Part shown: positions 33,710 through 43,200 of the stretch, piece after piece
How the letters are laid out: each line of letters opens with the position of its first letter
How positions within the stretch are numbered: the stretch's first letter is position 1
Source: an uncultured Oscillibacter sp.
Lineage (GTDB): Bacteria > Bacillota > Clostridia > Oscillospirales > Oscillospiraceae
DNA length: 64,000 bases
Direction: 5' to 3' (one strand)
NCBI RefSeq assembly: GCF_910588175.1
Contig: NZ_CAJUQQ010000005.1
Position numbers and translations under genes: made by a program
Notes under the pieces: generated by a model
Databases searched by the model: none
Told to the model about the DNA's origin: nothing
Seen by the model: only the letters and a program-made list of their open reading frames with translations

Positions 33710-33871
33710 CAGCTTGTCGAAAAAGTGCTGTCCGCAAGGGAACGGAAAGGAAAAGAGCTACGAGAGAAACCCATCAGGGGTTTCTCTCGTTTTCAATCAG
33801 AAGTTTTTTGGAACTTTTTAAAGGTCCAAAAAACTTGCTCAGGCTGGCGAAAAGACATTTTCGACAGCCTG
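33710..33871 (+). mobile_element. 162-bp MITE-like non-coding element, copy 2
   Basis: Same sequence as the reverse complement of 24095-24256. Internal hairpins at 33761-33789 (followed by TTTT), 33801-33836 and 33839-33873. Confidence 0.85.
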
Positions 33872-33899
33872 AGCCCGCCGTCTTTTAGACGGCGGGCTT
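33872..33899. repeat. right copy of the duplicated terminator hairpin (TSD of MITE copy 2)
   Basis: AGCCCGCCGTCTTTTAGACGGCGGGCTT followed by the original T-run. Confidence 0.85.
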
Positions 33900-33936
33900 T
33901 TTCATCATTCATCAGCGCCGGGACCCGGAAGGGCTC

Positions 33937-34677
33937 TTACAGCTGCTTGACGGTATAGTACACCGCCAGGGCAAACACCACAACGCCCAGCACCCACATG
34001 GCGTAGTAGGCCATCGTGGCGCTGAACAGGGCCACCAGCACCGCCGCGGCGGACAAAACGGCGGCGGCGTAAATGGGCATCAGGTCCGCGTCCGCGGGGA
34101 GCAGCTTTCCCAGCTTCTTGTTCTTCGCCAGCCAGCAGATGCCGCCCAGCAGAGCCACGTAAACCACGGACAGCACCTTCACAGGGATGCCCATGGTCAG
34201 GCTGCCGAACAGGCGGCGGCACACCCAAAGCACAATCATGGTCCCGCACAGCGCCGTCAGCGCCACGGAGCACTCCCGGTCATAGAAGGCCCAGATCACG
34301 GTCAGCACCATCGCCACCGGCACCACCACGCTGAGCAGCATCACGGCGGGCTCCACGTACACCCGGGCCAGAATGCTGCCCACGGCGAAGAACGCGCCCA
34401 GAGATGTCAGCGCCCAGCCCAGAAGGCGCTTGCGCTCGTCCTTTTTCCACAGCACGCTGAGCACCGCGCCCAGAACCAGCACCGCCGCCCCCAGGCCCGC
34501 GAAAATCAGCAGGCGGTCATACCACACCAGGGCCTCGGTCACCACGTCGCCATGGATGTAGTATTTGCGGAGGACCAGCAGATAGAACTCCGCCAGGCAG
34601 GCCGCCAGAAAGAAAACCGTCGCGCCATACAGGGAATTATCCCGCTTCATAGACTTTCCATTCGGATTCTTTGCCAT
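33937..34677 (-). CDS. polytopic membrane protein of unknown function
   Basis: 246 aa with about 7 hydrophobic segments. No recognisable family. Confidence 0.6.
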   Translation of the reverse strand: MAKNPNGKSMKRDNSLYGATVFFLAACLAEFYLLVLRKYYIHGDVVTEALVWYDRLLIFAGLGAAVLVLGAVLSVLWKKDERKRLLGWALTSLGAFFAVGSILARVYVEPAVMLLSVVVPVAMVLTVIWAFYDRECSVALTALCGTMIVLWVCRRLFGSLTMGIPVKVLSVVYVALLGGICWLAKNKKLGKLLPADADLMPIYAAAVLSAAAVLVALFSATMAYYAMWVLGVVVFALAVYYTVKQL

Positions 34678-34831
34678 TTATCAAGACCTCCAAGGTGTTT
34701 TTTTCTTTCCAATAAATGCCGGATTCCAGGGTCTCCGCCGACACGCTTAAATAGTATAACAGACTTTATTCGCTTTTGCAAGGCCCTTCCTGCCAGGTTT
34801 TTTATTTTTTCGCGGGAATTTTGGTTTTTCG

Positions 34832-34860
34832 TTGAGAAGCGCCCCGGGACGTGCTATACT
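34832..34860 (+). promoter_or_regulatory. sigma-A promoter upstream of apbE
   Basis: TTGAGA-N17-TATACT with an extended -10 TGc. Confidence 0.55.
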
Positions 34861-34894
34861 ATAGACATTCCATATTCAGATATGAGGGTTGTTT

Positions 34895-35995
34895 ATGAGG
34901 CGTCTTGCCATCTATGTGTCATTGCTCCTCCTGCTTCTCCCCGGCTGCGGCGCTCCCGTGGACCCGGACGAGGCCCAGGAGAGCATTCAGGTCCTCGCCA
35001 TGGACACCGCCATGCTCATCACCACCTATGGGGAGCGGTCCCCCGCCGCCGCCTATGCCTGTGAGGATACCATCCGGGACCTGGAGGCCAAGCTCTCCCG
35101 GACGGACCCGGACAGCGAGGTCTCCCGGCTCAACGCCGCCGGGGGAGAGGCCATGGAGGTCAGCGAGGATCTGGGTATCCTTTTGGAGCTCGCGAAATAC
35201 TACCGCCGGAGCACCGGGGACGCGTTCAACATCGCCATCGCCCCGGTGGTCTCCGCCTGGGGCTTCGCCGGGGGGGAGGAATACCGGGTTCCCTCCCAGG
35301 AGGAGCTGGACGGGCTTTTGGAGCTGGCTCAAGACGGCCCCATCTATCAGGGCCCCCAGTCTCACGGCGGCGCGGCCCGCTACTCTCTGGGCCCCGGGCA
35401 GGCCATTGACCTGGGGGGCCTGGCCAAGGGCTACGCCGCCGACAAGATTCTGGGAGTCCTCCAGGAGTACGAGGTGCCCCGGGCCAACATCAGCCTGGGC
35501 GGAAATGTGCTGGCCTACGGCGGCCGGCCCGACGGCGCCCCCTGGCGGGTGGGCATCCAGGACCCGGCCCGGGTGGGCGAGCCCAACGCCTTCGCCGGGG
35601 TGCTGGAGCTGACGGATTCCTTCGCCGTCACCTCCGGGGGCTATCAGCGGTATTTTGAGGAGAACGGGAAAACCTATCACCACATTATCGACCCCGCCAC
35701 CGGCTATCCGGCGGACAGCGGGCTGACCTCCGTCACCGTTGTCGCCGGTCTCGGAGAGGGGGACGGAAGCGGCTTCCCCGGCGCCATGTGCGACGCCTAT
35801 TCCACCGCCCTCTTTGTCATGGGGGAGGAACGGGCTCTGGACTTCTGGCGGGACGAAACGATGTGGGGCGGGCAGGGCTGTCCTTTCGACCTGGTACTGA
35901 TCACGGAGGACGGCCGGGTGGCGGTGACGGAGGGGCTGGCGGACCGCTTCACCCTGGACGAGAGCGGCGGCTATGCCTATGAAGTCGTTTCCTAA
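34895..35995 (+). CDS. apbE: FAD:protein FMN transferase (ApbE family lipoprotein)
   Basis: Lipobox LLPGC. Motifs SEVSRLN, FNIAIAPVVSAWGF, IDLGGLAKGYAADK, VTSGGYQRYF..GKTYHHIIDPATG. Confidence 0.9.
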   Translation: MRRLAIYVSLLLLLLPGCGAPVDPDEAQESIQVLAMDTAMLITTYGERSPAAAYACEDTIRDLEAKLSRTDPDSEVSRLNAAGGEAMEVSEDLGILLELAKYYRRSTGDAFNIAIAPVVSAWGFAGGEEYRVPSQEELDGLLELAQDGPIYQGPQSHGGAARYSLGPGQAIDLGGLAKGYAADKILGVLQEYEVPRANISLGGNVLAYGGRPDGAPWRVGIQDPARVGEPNAFAGVLELTDSFAVTSGGYQRYFEENGKTYHHIIDPATGYPADSGLTSVTVVAGLGEGDGSGFPGAMCDAYSTALFVMGEERALDFWRDETMWGGQGCPFDLVLITEDGRVAVTEGLADRFTLDESGGYAYEVVS

Positions 35996-36422
35996 GCTCC
36001 GGCCCACCGCCTGGGACGGGTTGGTGGCGCTGTGCGTGGTCCTTTTGGCCGCGGCCCTGGCCTTCTTCCAGTGGCGGGGTGAAACCGGGGACCTGACGGC
36101 GGTGGTGTCCGTGGACGGTACGGAGGTGGACCGCTTTTCGCCGGACGACCTGCTGGAAGGCCCCAGAACCTATACCGGCGGCGGCTATACCCTGGAGGTG
36201 GCGCTGTCCATAGACTATGAGCACCCGGCCTCAAGCGCCCTGCCCCCCTCCGGGCAGACCGGCCTCCGGGTGGCCGCCTCCGACTGCCCCACCCAGGACT
36301 GCGTCCACACCGGGACAATCACCAGAAGCGGGCAGAGCATCGTCTGCCTCCCCGCCCGGATCATCGTCCGGCTGGAGGGCGGGAAGGCGGAGGGCGGGGC
36401 CGTGGACGCGGTGTTAGGCTAG
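35973..36422 (+). CDS. NusG domain II-containing protein (DUF1312-like), membrane anchored
   Basis: N-terminal TM segment. C-terminus CPTQDCVHTGTITRSGQSIVCLPARIIVRLEG is typical of this family. It usually partners ApbE and the Gx transporter. Confidence 0.6.
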   Translation: MPMKSFPKLRPTAWDGLVALCVVLLAAALAFFQWRGETGDLTAVVSVDGTEVDRFSPDDLLEGPRTYTGGGYTLEVALSIDYEHPASSALPPSGQTGLRVAASDCPTQDCVHTGTITRSGQSIVCLPARIIVRLEGGKAEGGAVDAVLG

Positions 36423-36432
36423 GAGGCGCGGC

Positions 36433-36948
36433 ATGAAACTGACCACAAAACAGCTGACCCTCTGCGCCCTGCTGACGGCCATGGCCCTGGCGCTGAGCTA
36501 TCTGGAAAACCTGTTTCCCCTCTCCCTGGCCATCCCCGTCCCCGGCGTGAAGCTGGGGCTGGCCAACATCGTGACGGTTTTCGCCCTCTGGGCCCTGGGG
36601 CCGGGGCAGACGCTTCTGATTCTGCTGGCCCGGTGCTTTCTGGGCTCCCTCTTCGCCGGAAACCTGAACGCGCTGATCTTCTCCCTGCTGGGGGGGCTCT
36701 GCGCCCTGGGGACCATGGTCTTTCTCTCCCGGCGGCGGGGGCTGTCCCTGTACGGCGTATCCGTGGGCGGCGCGGCGGCCCATAACTGCGGGCAGATTGC
36801 CGCCGCCGTTCTGACCCTGGGCAGCGCCGCTCCCCTCTATTATCTGCCCGTTTTGCTGGCGGTATCCCTCCTCACCGGCGGATTGACCGGACTGGTCTCC
36901 GCCTGTCTGTTCCAGGGAGCGCGCCATACCGACTTGATGAAAGGCTGA
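36433..36948 (+). CDS. Gx transporter family protein (Hpre_diP_synt_I-like)
   Basis: LALSYLENLFP...VPGVKLGLANIV...GNLNALIFSLLGG...AAAHNCGQI; a membrane protein. Confidence 0.7.
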   Translation: MKLTTKQLTLCALLTAMALALSYLENLFPLSLAIPVPGVKLGLANIVTVFALWALGPGQTLLILLARCFLGSLFAGNLNALIFSLLGGLCALGTMVFLSRRRGLSLYGVSVGGAAAHNCGQIAAAVLTLGSAAPLYYLPVLLAVSLLTGGLTGLVSACLFQGARHTDLMKG

Positions 36949-36953
36949 GCGCG

Positions 36954-38012
36954 ATGGACAAGAAGGACAAAAAGGACGAAATCATCCTCCAGCAGTTGGA
37001 GGTCATCCAAACCCTGACGGAGCACAACCTCCGCCGGATGGGCACGGATTTCTGGGGTCCCCCGCCGGAGGAAAAGGCCCCCCAGGCCGAAACTCCCAAG
37101 GCTCCCGAGGCGGCCCCCAAGCCCCCGAACGCCTCCCAGGACCCGGGCGAGGCGGCGGAAGCGCCTCCCCCGCCGGAGAAGCTGGAGGACCTGCAAAAGG
37201 AGCTGGAGGGCTACATCGGCCTGGCCGCCGTAAAGCGGGAGGTCCGGAGCCTCATTGACCTGGTGAAAATCCACCAGCTCCGGGAGAAAAACGGCCTGCC
37301 GGTGACGGAGCTGTCCCTCCACATGGTCTTCTCCGGCAGTCCCGGCACCGGAAAAACCACCATCGCCCGGCTGATGGCCCGGATTTACCGCTCTCTGGGC
37401 ATCCTCTCCAAGGGGCAGCTGGTGGAGGTGGACCGGAGCGGCCTTGTGGCGGGCTACGTGGGTCAGACGGCGCTGAAAACCAAGAAGGCCGTGGAAAAGG
37501 CCCTGGGCGGCGTGCTGTTCATCGACGAGGCCTACGCCCTCAACGGCTCCACGGGCAGCGACTTCGGCCAGGAAGCCATTGACACCATCCTGAAAGCCAT
37601 GGAGGACCACCGGAACGACCTGGTGGTCATCGCCGCCGGGTACGCGGATTTGATGGACCGCTTCATCCACTCCAACCCCGGCCTGGAATCCCGGTTCAAC
37701 CGCTTTCTCCACTTCCAGGACTACACCCCGGAGGAACTGCTGGAGATCTTCAAAATGCGCTGCGGCAAGGGCTGCTATGCGCTGGAGGAGGAGGCCGAGG
37801 GCCTTGTCCGGGACCTCCTCCGGGACGAAAACCGGGACCCGGAGTCCTTCGGCAACGCCCGGGGGGTGCGGAACGTGTTTGAGCGTATCCTGGTCTGTCA
37901 GGCCGGCCGCCTGGCGGGACAGGAGAACGTCACCCGGGAGGATCTCCAAACGCTGACGGCGGCGGACGTGCTGGCCGCCCGGGGCCGGGAGACCCCGTCC
38001 CTGGGGGGCTGA
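36954..38012 (+). CDS. AAA+ ATPase, SpoVK/CbbX-like
   Basis: GLAAVKREVRSLIDLVKI...MVFSGSPGTGKTTIARLMARIY...GGVLFIDEAYAL...VVIAAGY. Confidence 0.85.
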   Translation: MDKKDKKDEIILQQLEVIQTLTEHNLRRMGTDFWGPPPEEKAPQAETPKAPEAAPKPPNASQDPGEAAEAPPPPEKLEDLQKELEGYIGLAAVKREVRSLIDLVKIHQLREKNGLPVTELSLHMVFSGSPGTGKTTIARLMARIYRSLGILSKGQLVEVDRSGLVAGYVGQTALKTKKAVEKALGGVLFIDEAYALNGSTGSDFGQEAIDTILKAMEDHRNDLVVIAAGYADLMDRFIHSNPGLESRFNRFLHFQDYTPEELLEIFKMRCGKGCYALEEEAEGLVRDLLRDENRDPESFGNARGVRNVFERILVCQAGRLAGQENVTREDLQTLTAADVLAARGRETPSLGG

Positions 38013-38057
38013 AGCGCGTTTGCCTCCAAACGCCCCCCTTCCCGGGTTCATAACACT

Positions 38058-38090
38058 CCGGACATTCCCGAAGAATGTCCGGCTTTTTTT
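38058..38090 (+). terminator. rho-independent terminator
   Basis: CCGGACATTC-CCGAA-GAATGTCCGG followed by CTTTTTTT. Confidence 0.85.
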
Positions 38091-38194
38091 GAAGAATTTT
38101 CCTCCTGCGGCCCGTATGGTTATTTGGGGCTTGACTTTTCGCGTCCCCGGATGTATCATTGCATTATTGAACTAGTGAAATGGAGGTCGTATTT

Positions 38195-39904
38195 ATGAAA
38201 ATGGCAAACAGCCTGCTCCGGCGGGCGGCGGGGCTGTGTCTGGCGGCGCTGCTGGTGGTCCCGGCCCTGGCGGCGGAGCCGCTGAGCGCCAAGCAGCGGC
38301 AGGAGGACCTGGATTTTCTCTATGAAAAGGTCCTGGCGGGCTTCCACCCGGACGCCTTCGCCAACACGCCGGAGAGCGAGTTCCTGGCGCTGAAGGCGGA
38401 GATCGAGGGACGGCTGGAGACCGTCAGCGGCACGGAATTCCTTCTGGACCTGATGCGCCTGGCGGCTCTGGTGGGGGACTCCCACACCTCCGTCTCCGTG
38501 GGGAGCGCGGCGAATTTCCGGGCCTATCCCTTCTCCCTGGTCCGGCGGGGGGAGAGCTGGTATCTCTCCGCCGCGGCCCCGGAGGACGAGGACCTGCTGT
38601 GCCAGGAGGTCACGCTTCTGGCGGGAAAGCCGGTGGAGGAGGTCATCGAGGCTTACGGAACCCTGTTTGCCTCCGACAACCCGGTGCACCTCCGGCGGCA
38701 GTTCCGGCAGGCCTGCAACGTGGCGGACATCTACGAGTACCTGGGGCTGGTGGAGGCCGGGAAGCCCCTGACCGTCACGCTGAAAGGCGGGAAGGCCCTC
38801 AGCCTGGCGCCCGTGGGCATGGAGGAGATGAACAAGCTGGAGATCGCGCGCATTGCCGGCCTCATCAAGGACCAGCCGGAGACGGCGGCGGCGGACGCCT
38901 ACTACTTCGCCAAGCCTCTGACGGAAGACGCGTACTACATTCAGTACAACACCTGCCAGGAGGCGGAGGACCTTCCCATGGAGGACTTCGCCGCCCTGGT
39001 GGCAAAGGATTTGAAAGCGGGGGACTACAGCCGGGTACTGCTGGACCTGCGGAACAACGGCGGCGGGTCCGACGGGGTGATCTGGCCCCTGCTTGAGCGC
39101 CTGCGGCTGGCCATGGACGGCGGCTGTGAGCTGGTGGGCCTCATCGGGGAGGGCACCTTCTCCTCCGCCCTCATCAACGCCGTGGAAATCCAGGAGATGG
39201 GCGGCGTGCTGGCGGGAGAGCCCGCCGGGGGCAGCGTGTGCCACTTCGGGGCGGTGAAGACCTTCCAGCTCCCTAATTCCAAGGTCCGGGGGCAGGTGTC
39301 CAGCAAGTATATTGACCTGAACACCCTGCTGGACGCGGCGGCGGGCCGGGGCGTGGAGGCGTTGGAGCCGGACGTGCTGGTATACCAAACCCTGGAAGAC
39401 ACGCTGAACGGCAAGGATACCACCGTGGACTGGCTGCTGGCCCACCCGGAGAAGCTGACGCAAAAGGCATTCCCCAACGCGCCCCTGACCCGGGGGCGGT
39501 TCATCGGCCAGCTTTATGAGGCGGCGGGAAGCCCGGATGTGGAAATCGGGGAGGAGCTTCCTTTCAAAGACAGCTTCGGCATTGAATGGTACCTCCCTGC
39601 CATGGCCTGGGCCAAGGAGCAGGGCATCGCCAAGGGCGGCGCGGAGGGAACCTTCTCCGCCTCCAGGCCCCTGACCTGGAAAGAAGCCGCCGTATTCCTG
39701 GGCCGGACGGCGGAGGCGCTGGACCTGAAACCGGACCCGGCGGCAAAGCGGATGGGCCCCGTCCCGGCGGCGCTGGGCGGAAGCCAGGACGCGGTGACCC
39801 TGGCCTGGGATCTGGGGCTGCTTCCGGCGGACGCGGACTTCACCGGAGGCCTCACCCGGGCCCAGGGAGAGACGCTGGCGGCGGCGCTGGAAGCCCTGCT
39901 ATAA
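38195..39904 (+). CDS. secreted S41-family peptidase with a C-terminal SLH-like region
   Basis: Signal peptide ...VVPALAAEP. LLDLRNNGGGSD (S41 motif). C-terminal FKDSFGIEWYLPAMAWAKEQGIAKGG..GTF is SLH-like. Start at ATG 38195, with GGAGG 8 nt upstream. Confidence 0.7.
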   Translation: MKMANSLLRRAAGLCLAALLVVPALAAEPLSAKQRQEDLDFLYEKVLAGFHPDAFANTPESEFLALKAEIEGRLETVSGTEFLLDLMRLAALVGDSHTSVSVGSAANFRAYPFSLVRRGESWYLSAAAPEDEDLLCQEVTLLAGKPVEEVIEAYGTLFASDNPVHLRRQFRQACNVADIYEYLGLVEAGKPLTVTLKGGKALSLAPVGMEEMNKLEIARIAGLIKDQPETAAADAYYFAKPLTEDAYYIQYNTCQEAEDLPMEDFAALVAKDLKAGDYSRVLLDLRNNGGGSDGVIWPLLERLRLAMDGGCELVGLIGEGTFSSALINAVEIQEMGGVLAGEPAGGSVCHFGAVKTFQLPNSKVRGQVSSKYIDLNTLLDAAAGRGVEALEPDVLVYQTLEDTLNGKDTTVDWLLAHPEKLTQKAFPNAPLTRGRFIGQLYEAAGSPDVEIGEELPFKDSFGIEWYLPAMAWAKEQGIAKGGAEGTFSASRPLTWKEAAVFLGRTAEALDLKPDPAAKRMGPVPAALGGSQDAVTLAWDLGLLPADADFTGGLTRAQGETLAAALEALL

Positions 39905-40002
39905 AAAGTGCCAGGGCCATGGAAAAAGGGCGGACACACAGGTCCGCCCCTACAGGGTGTTTTTCCGGAGGAAACGCGAAACATCCACGGCACACATGGG
40001 CG

Positions 40003-40039
40003 AAAAAAGGACCACGGGCTTTGCCCGTGGTCCTCTTTT
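40003..40039. terminator. bidirectional rho-independent terminator (ends the nifJ transcript)
   Basis: AAAAAAGGACCACGGGC-TTT-GCCCGTGGTCCTCTTTT. Confidence 0.8.
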
Positions 40040-40211
40040 GTTAAAAACTCTCCCGTCCTACGTCCCCCACTTTTGGGGCCCCCGCAAAATCCGCAGATTT
40101 TGTGGGGAGAGGAAGAACAAACGGAACGGCGTGAAGCCTGCCCGAAGGGCGGGATTCACAAAGTGCAGTTTGTTCTGACGAGGAGCCTGCTCCCCCTTGA
40201 AGGGAGGCGGA

Positions 40212-40283
40212 GCAAGGGAGCGGGCGCAGTTCTCGCCAGAGGCCGCAGGCCGGCGGCGGGAACGGAGCTTAGCGGACTTTGCG
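40212..40283 (-). repeat. REP-like structured 3'-UTR element, copy B (after nifJ)
   Basis: mRNA sense: CGCAAAGTCCGCTAAGCTCCGTTCCCGCC...GGCGAGAACTGCGCCCGCTCCCTTGC. It has the same flanks as copy A and the same 5-nt offset from the stop codon. Confidence 0.8.
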
Positions 40284-40288
40284 ACGCC

Positions 40289-43200
40289 TCAGGCGTACAT
40301 TTCCTTCAGCTTCAGCAGGTGCTGATAGCGGTCCATAGCCGCCTTCTCGTTGCGCTGGAACAGCTCGCTGGCCCGGTCGGGGAACTCGCGGGTCAGGCGG
40401 CTGTAACGGGCCTCGTTCATCAGGAACTCCTGATACCCGCCGGCGGGCTCCTTGGAATCCAGGGTGAACTTGGCGCCCTCAGCGGCGGGATTGAAGCGGA
40501 ACAGGTTCCAGTAGCCGCACTCCACGGCCTTCTTCATTTCCGCCTGGCAGTTCATCATGCCGCCCTTGATGCTGTGCATCTCGCAGGGAGAGTAGGCGAT
40601 GATCAGGGACGGGCCGGGATAGGCCTCGGCCTCCTGAATGGCCTTGAGGGTCTGGGCGGGATTGGCGCCCATGGCCACCTGGGCCACGTAGATATAGCCG
40701 TAGCTCATGGCGATCTCCGCCAGGGATTTTTTCTTGATCTCCTTACCAGCGGCGGCGAACTGGGCCACCTGGCCGATGTTGGAGGCCTTGGAAGCCTGGC
40801 CGCCGGTGTTGGAATAGACCTCGGTATCGAAGACGAAGATGTTCACATCGTTGCCGGAGGCCAGGACGTGGTCCACGCCGCCGAAGCCGATGTCGTAAGC
40901 CCAGCCGTCGCCGCCGAAGATCCACAGAGACTTCTTGGACAGGTATTCCTTGTCCTTCAGAATCTCCAGACACAGCTTGCAGGCGTCGCAGTCGCAGTAC
41001 TTCGCGCCGCTGTCCTTCAGCTCCTTGGCGTGGGCCTGGAACTTGGGCAGCTGGTCGCCGAAGACCTTGGCGGCCTCGGGGCTTCCCGTAAAGGCCACGA
41101 TGTCATCCACGGTCATGACGCTCTCTTCCAGGAGCTTCACATACTCGCAGGTGGCCTCCGCGTTGGCCTTGCCGTCTTCCATGGTATCCAGCCACTTCTG
41201 GGCGGCGTCCTTCAAGCCCTGGTAGGTGTGGGGCACCGCGATGAGCTGCTTGGTCAGGTCCGCCAGACGGTCGCGAATGGCCTTCTGGCCCAGATACATG
41301 CCCAGGCCGTGCTCGGCGTTGTCCTCAAACAGGGAGTTGGACCAGGCGGGGCCGTGGCCGGCCGCGTTGGTGCAGTAGGGAGAGGTGGCCGCGGGTCCGC
41401 CCCAGATGGAGGAGCAGCCGGTGGCGTTGGAGATATACATCCGGTCACCGAAGAGCTGGGTGACGAGACGGGCATAGCTGGTCTCGGCGCAGCCGGCGCA
41501 GGAGCCGGAGAACTCGAGGAGGGGCTTGTGGAACTGGCTGCCGGGCACCGTGTTGTCCTGGAGATCCTTCTTCTCGGCGACCTCGGCCACGCAGTAGTTG
41601 AAGACCTCCTGCTGCTTGGCCTCCTGCTCCTGGGCCACCATCTTCAGGGCCTTCTCGCCCTTGCGGCCCGGGCAGACGCCCACGCACACGCCGCAGCCCA
41701 TGCAGTCCAGGGGAGACACGGCGATGGTAAACTTGTAGCCCTTGCCCTTGCCGGTTTTGTCGATGACCTTGGCGGCGGCGGGGAGCTTGGCGGCTTCCTC
41801 CTCCGTCATGGCGAAGGGACGGATGGTGGCATGGGGGCAGACATAGGCGCACTGGTTGCACTGGATGCAGTTCTCGGGCATCCAGGTGGGAACGGAGACG
41901 GCCACGCCGCGCTTTTCATAGGCGGCGGCGCCCAGCTCGAACTGGCCGTCGGCGTGCTTGACGAAGGCGGAGACGGGGAGGCTGTCGCCGTCCATCTTGC
42001 CCACGGGGTTCAGGATGGTCTTCACCTGCTCCACCAGCTCCGGCTTGCCGGTCAGGGTGGTGGCGTCGGGGGTATCCTGGGCGTCGGCCCAGTCGGCGGG
42101 AACCTCGAACTTCTTATAAGCCGTGGCTCCGGCGTCGATGGCCTTGTGGTTCATATCCACCACGTCCTGGCCCTTTTTCAGGTAGGAGTGGGTGGCGGCG
42201 TCCTTCATATACTGGATGGCCTCGGCCTCGGGCATGACTTTCGCCAGGGAGAAGAAGGCGGACTGAAGGATGGTGTTGGTCCGCTTGCCCATGCCGATTT
42301 CTTTCGCCAGGTCGATGGCGTTGATGGTGTAGACCTGGATGTTATTTTGGGCGATATACCGTTTCGCCACGGCGGGCATGTGCTTGTTGACTTCCTCGTC
42401 GCTCCACTGGCAGTTGATCAGGAAGGTGCCGCCGGGCTTCACGTCCCGGACCATGGGGAAGGCCTTGATGATATAGGAAGGCACGTGGCAGGCCACGAAG
42501 TCGGCCTTGTTGATATAATAAGGAGCACGGATGGGCTGATCGCCGAAGCGCAGGTGGCTGACGGTGACGCCGCCGGTCTTCTTGGAGTCGTACTGGAAGT
42601 AGGCCTGGACGTATTTGTCCGTGTGGTCGCCGATGATCTTGATGGAGTTCTTGTTGGCGCCCACGGTGCCGTCGCCGCCGAGACCCCAGAACTTGCACTC
42701 GATGGTGCCCTCCGCCGCGGTGTTGGGGGCGGGCTTCTCCTCCAGGCTGAGGTGGGTCACGTCGTCCACGATGCCGATGGTGAACTGCCGCTTGGGCTCG
42801 GCCTTGGTCAGCTCCTCATAGACGGCGAAGACGCTGCGGGGCGGGGTATCCTTGCTGCCCAGGCCGTAGCGGCCGCCGATGACGGTGACGTCCGTCCGGC
42901 CCGCGTTGGCAAGAGAGGCCACCACGTCCACGTACAGGGGCTCGCCCAGGGAGCCGGGCTCCTTGGTGCGGTCCAGCACGGCGATCTTCTTGCAGGTGGC
43001 GGGGATGGCGGAAATCAGCTTGTCGGCGCGCCAGGGGCGGTACAGACGGACCTTGATAAGGCCCACCTTTTCGCCGTGGGCGTTCATATAGTCGATGACT
43101 TCCTCGGCCACGTCGCAGATGGAGCCCATGGCGATGATGACCCGATCCGCGTCGGGAGCGCCGTAGTAGTTGAAGAGCTGGTAGTCAGTGCCCAGCTTCT

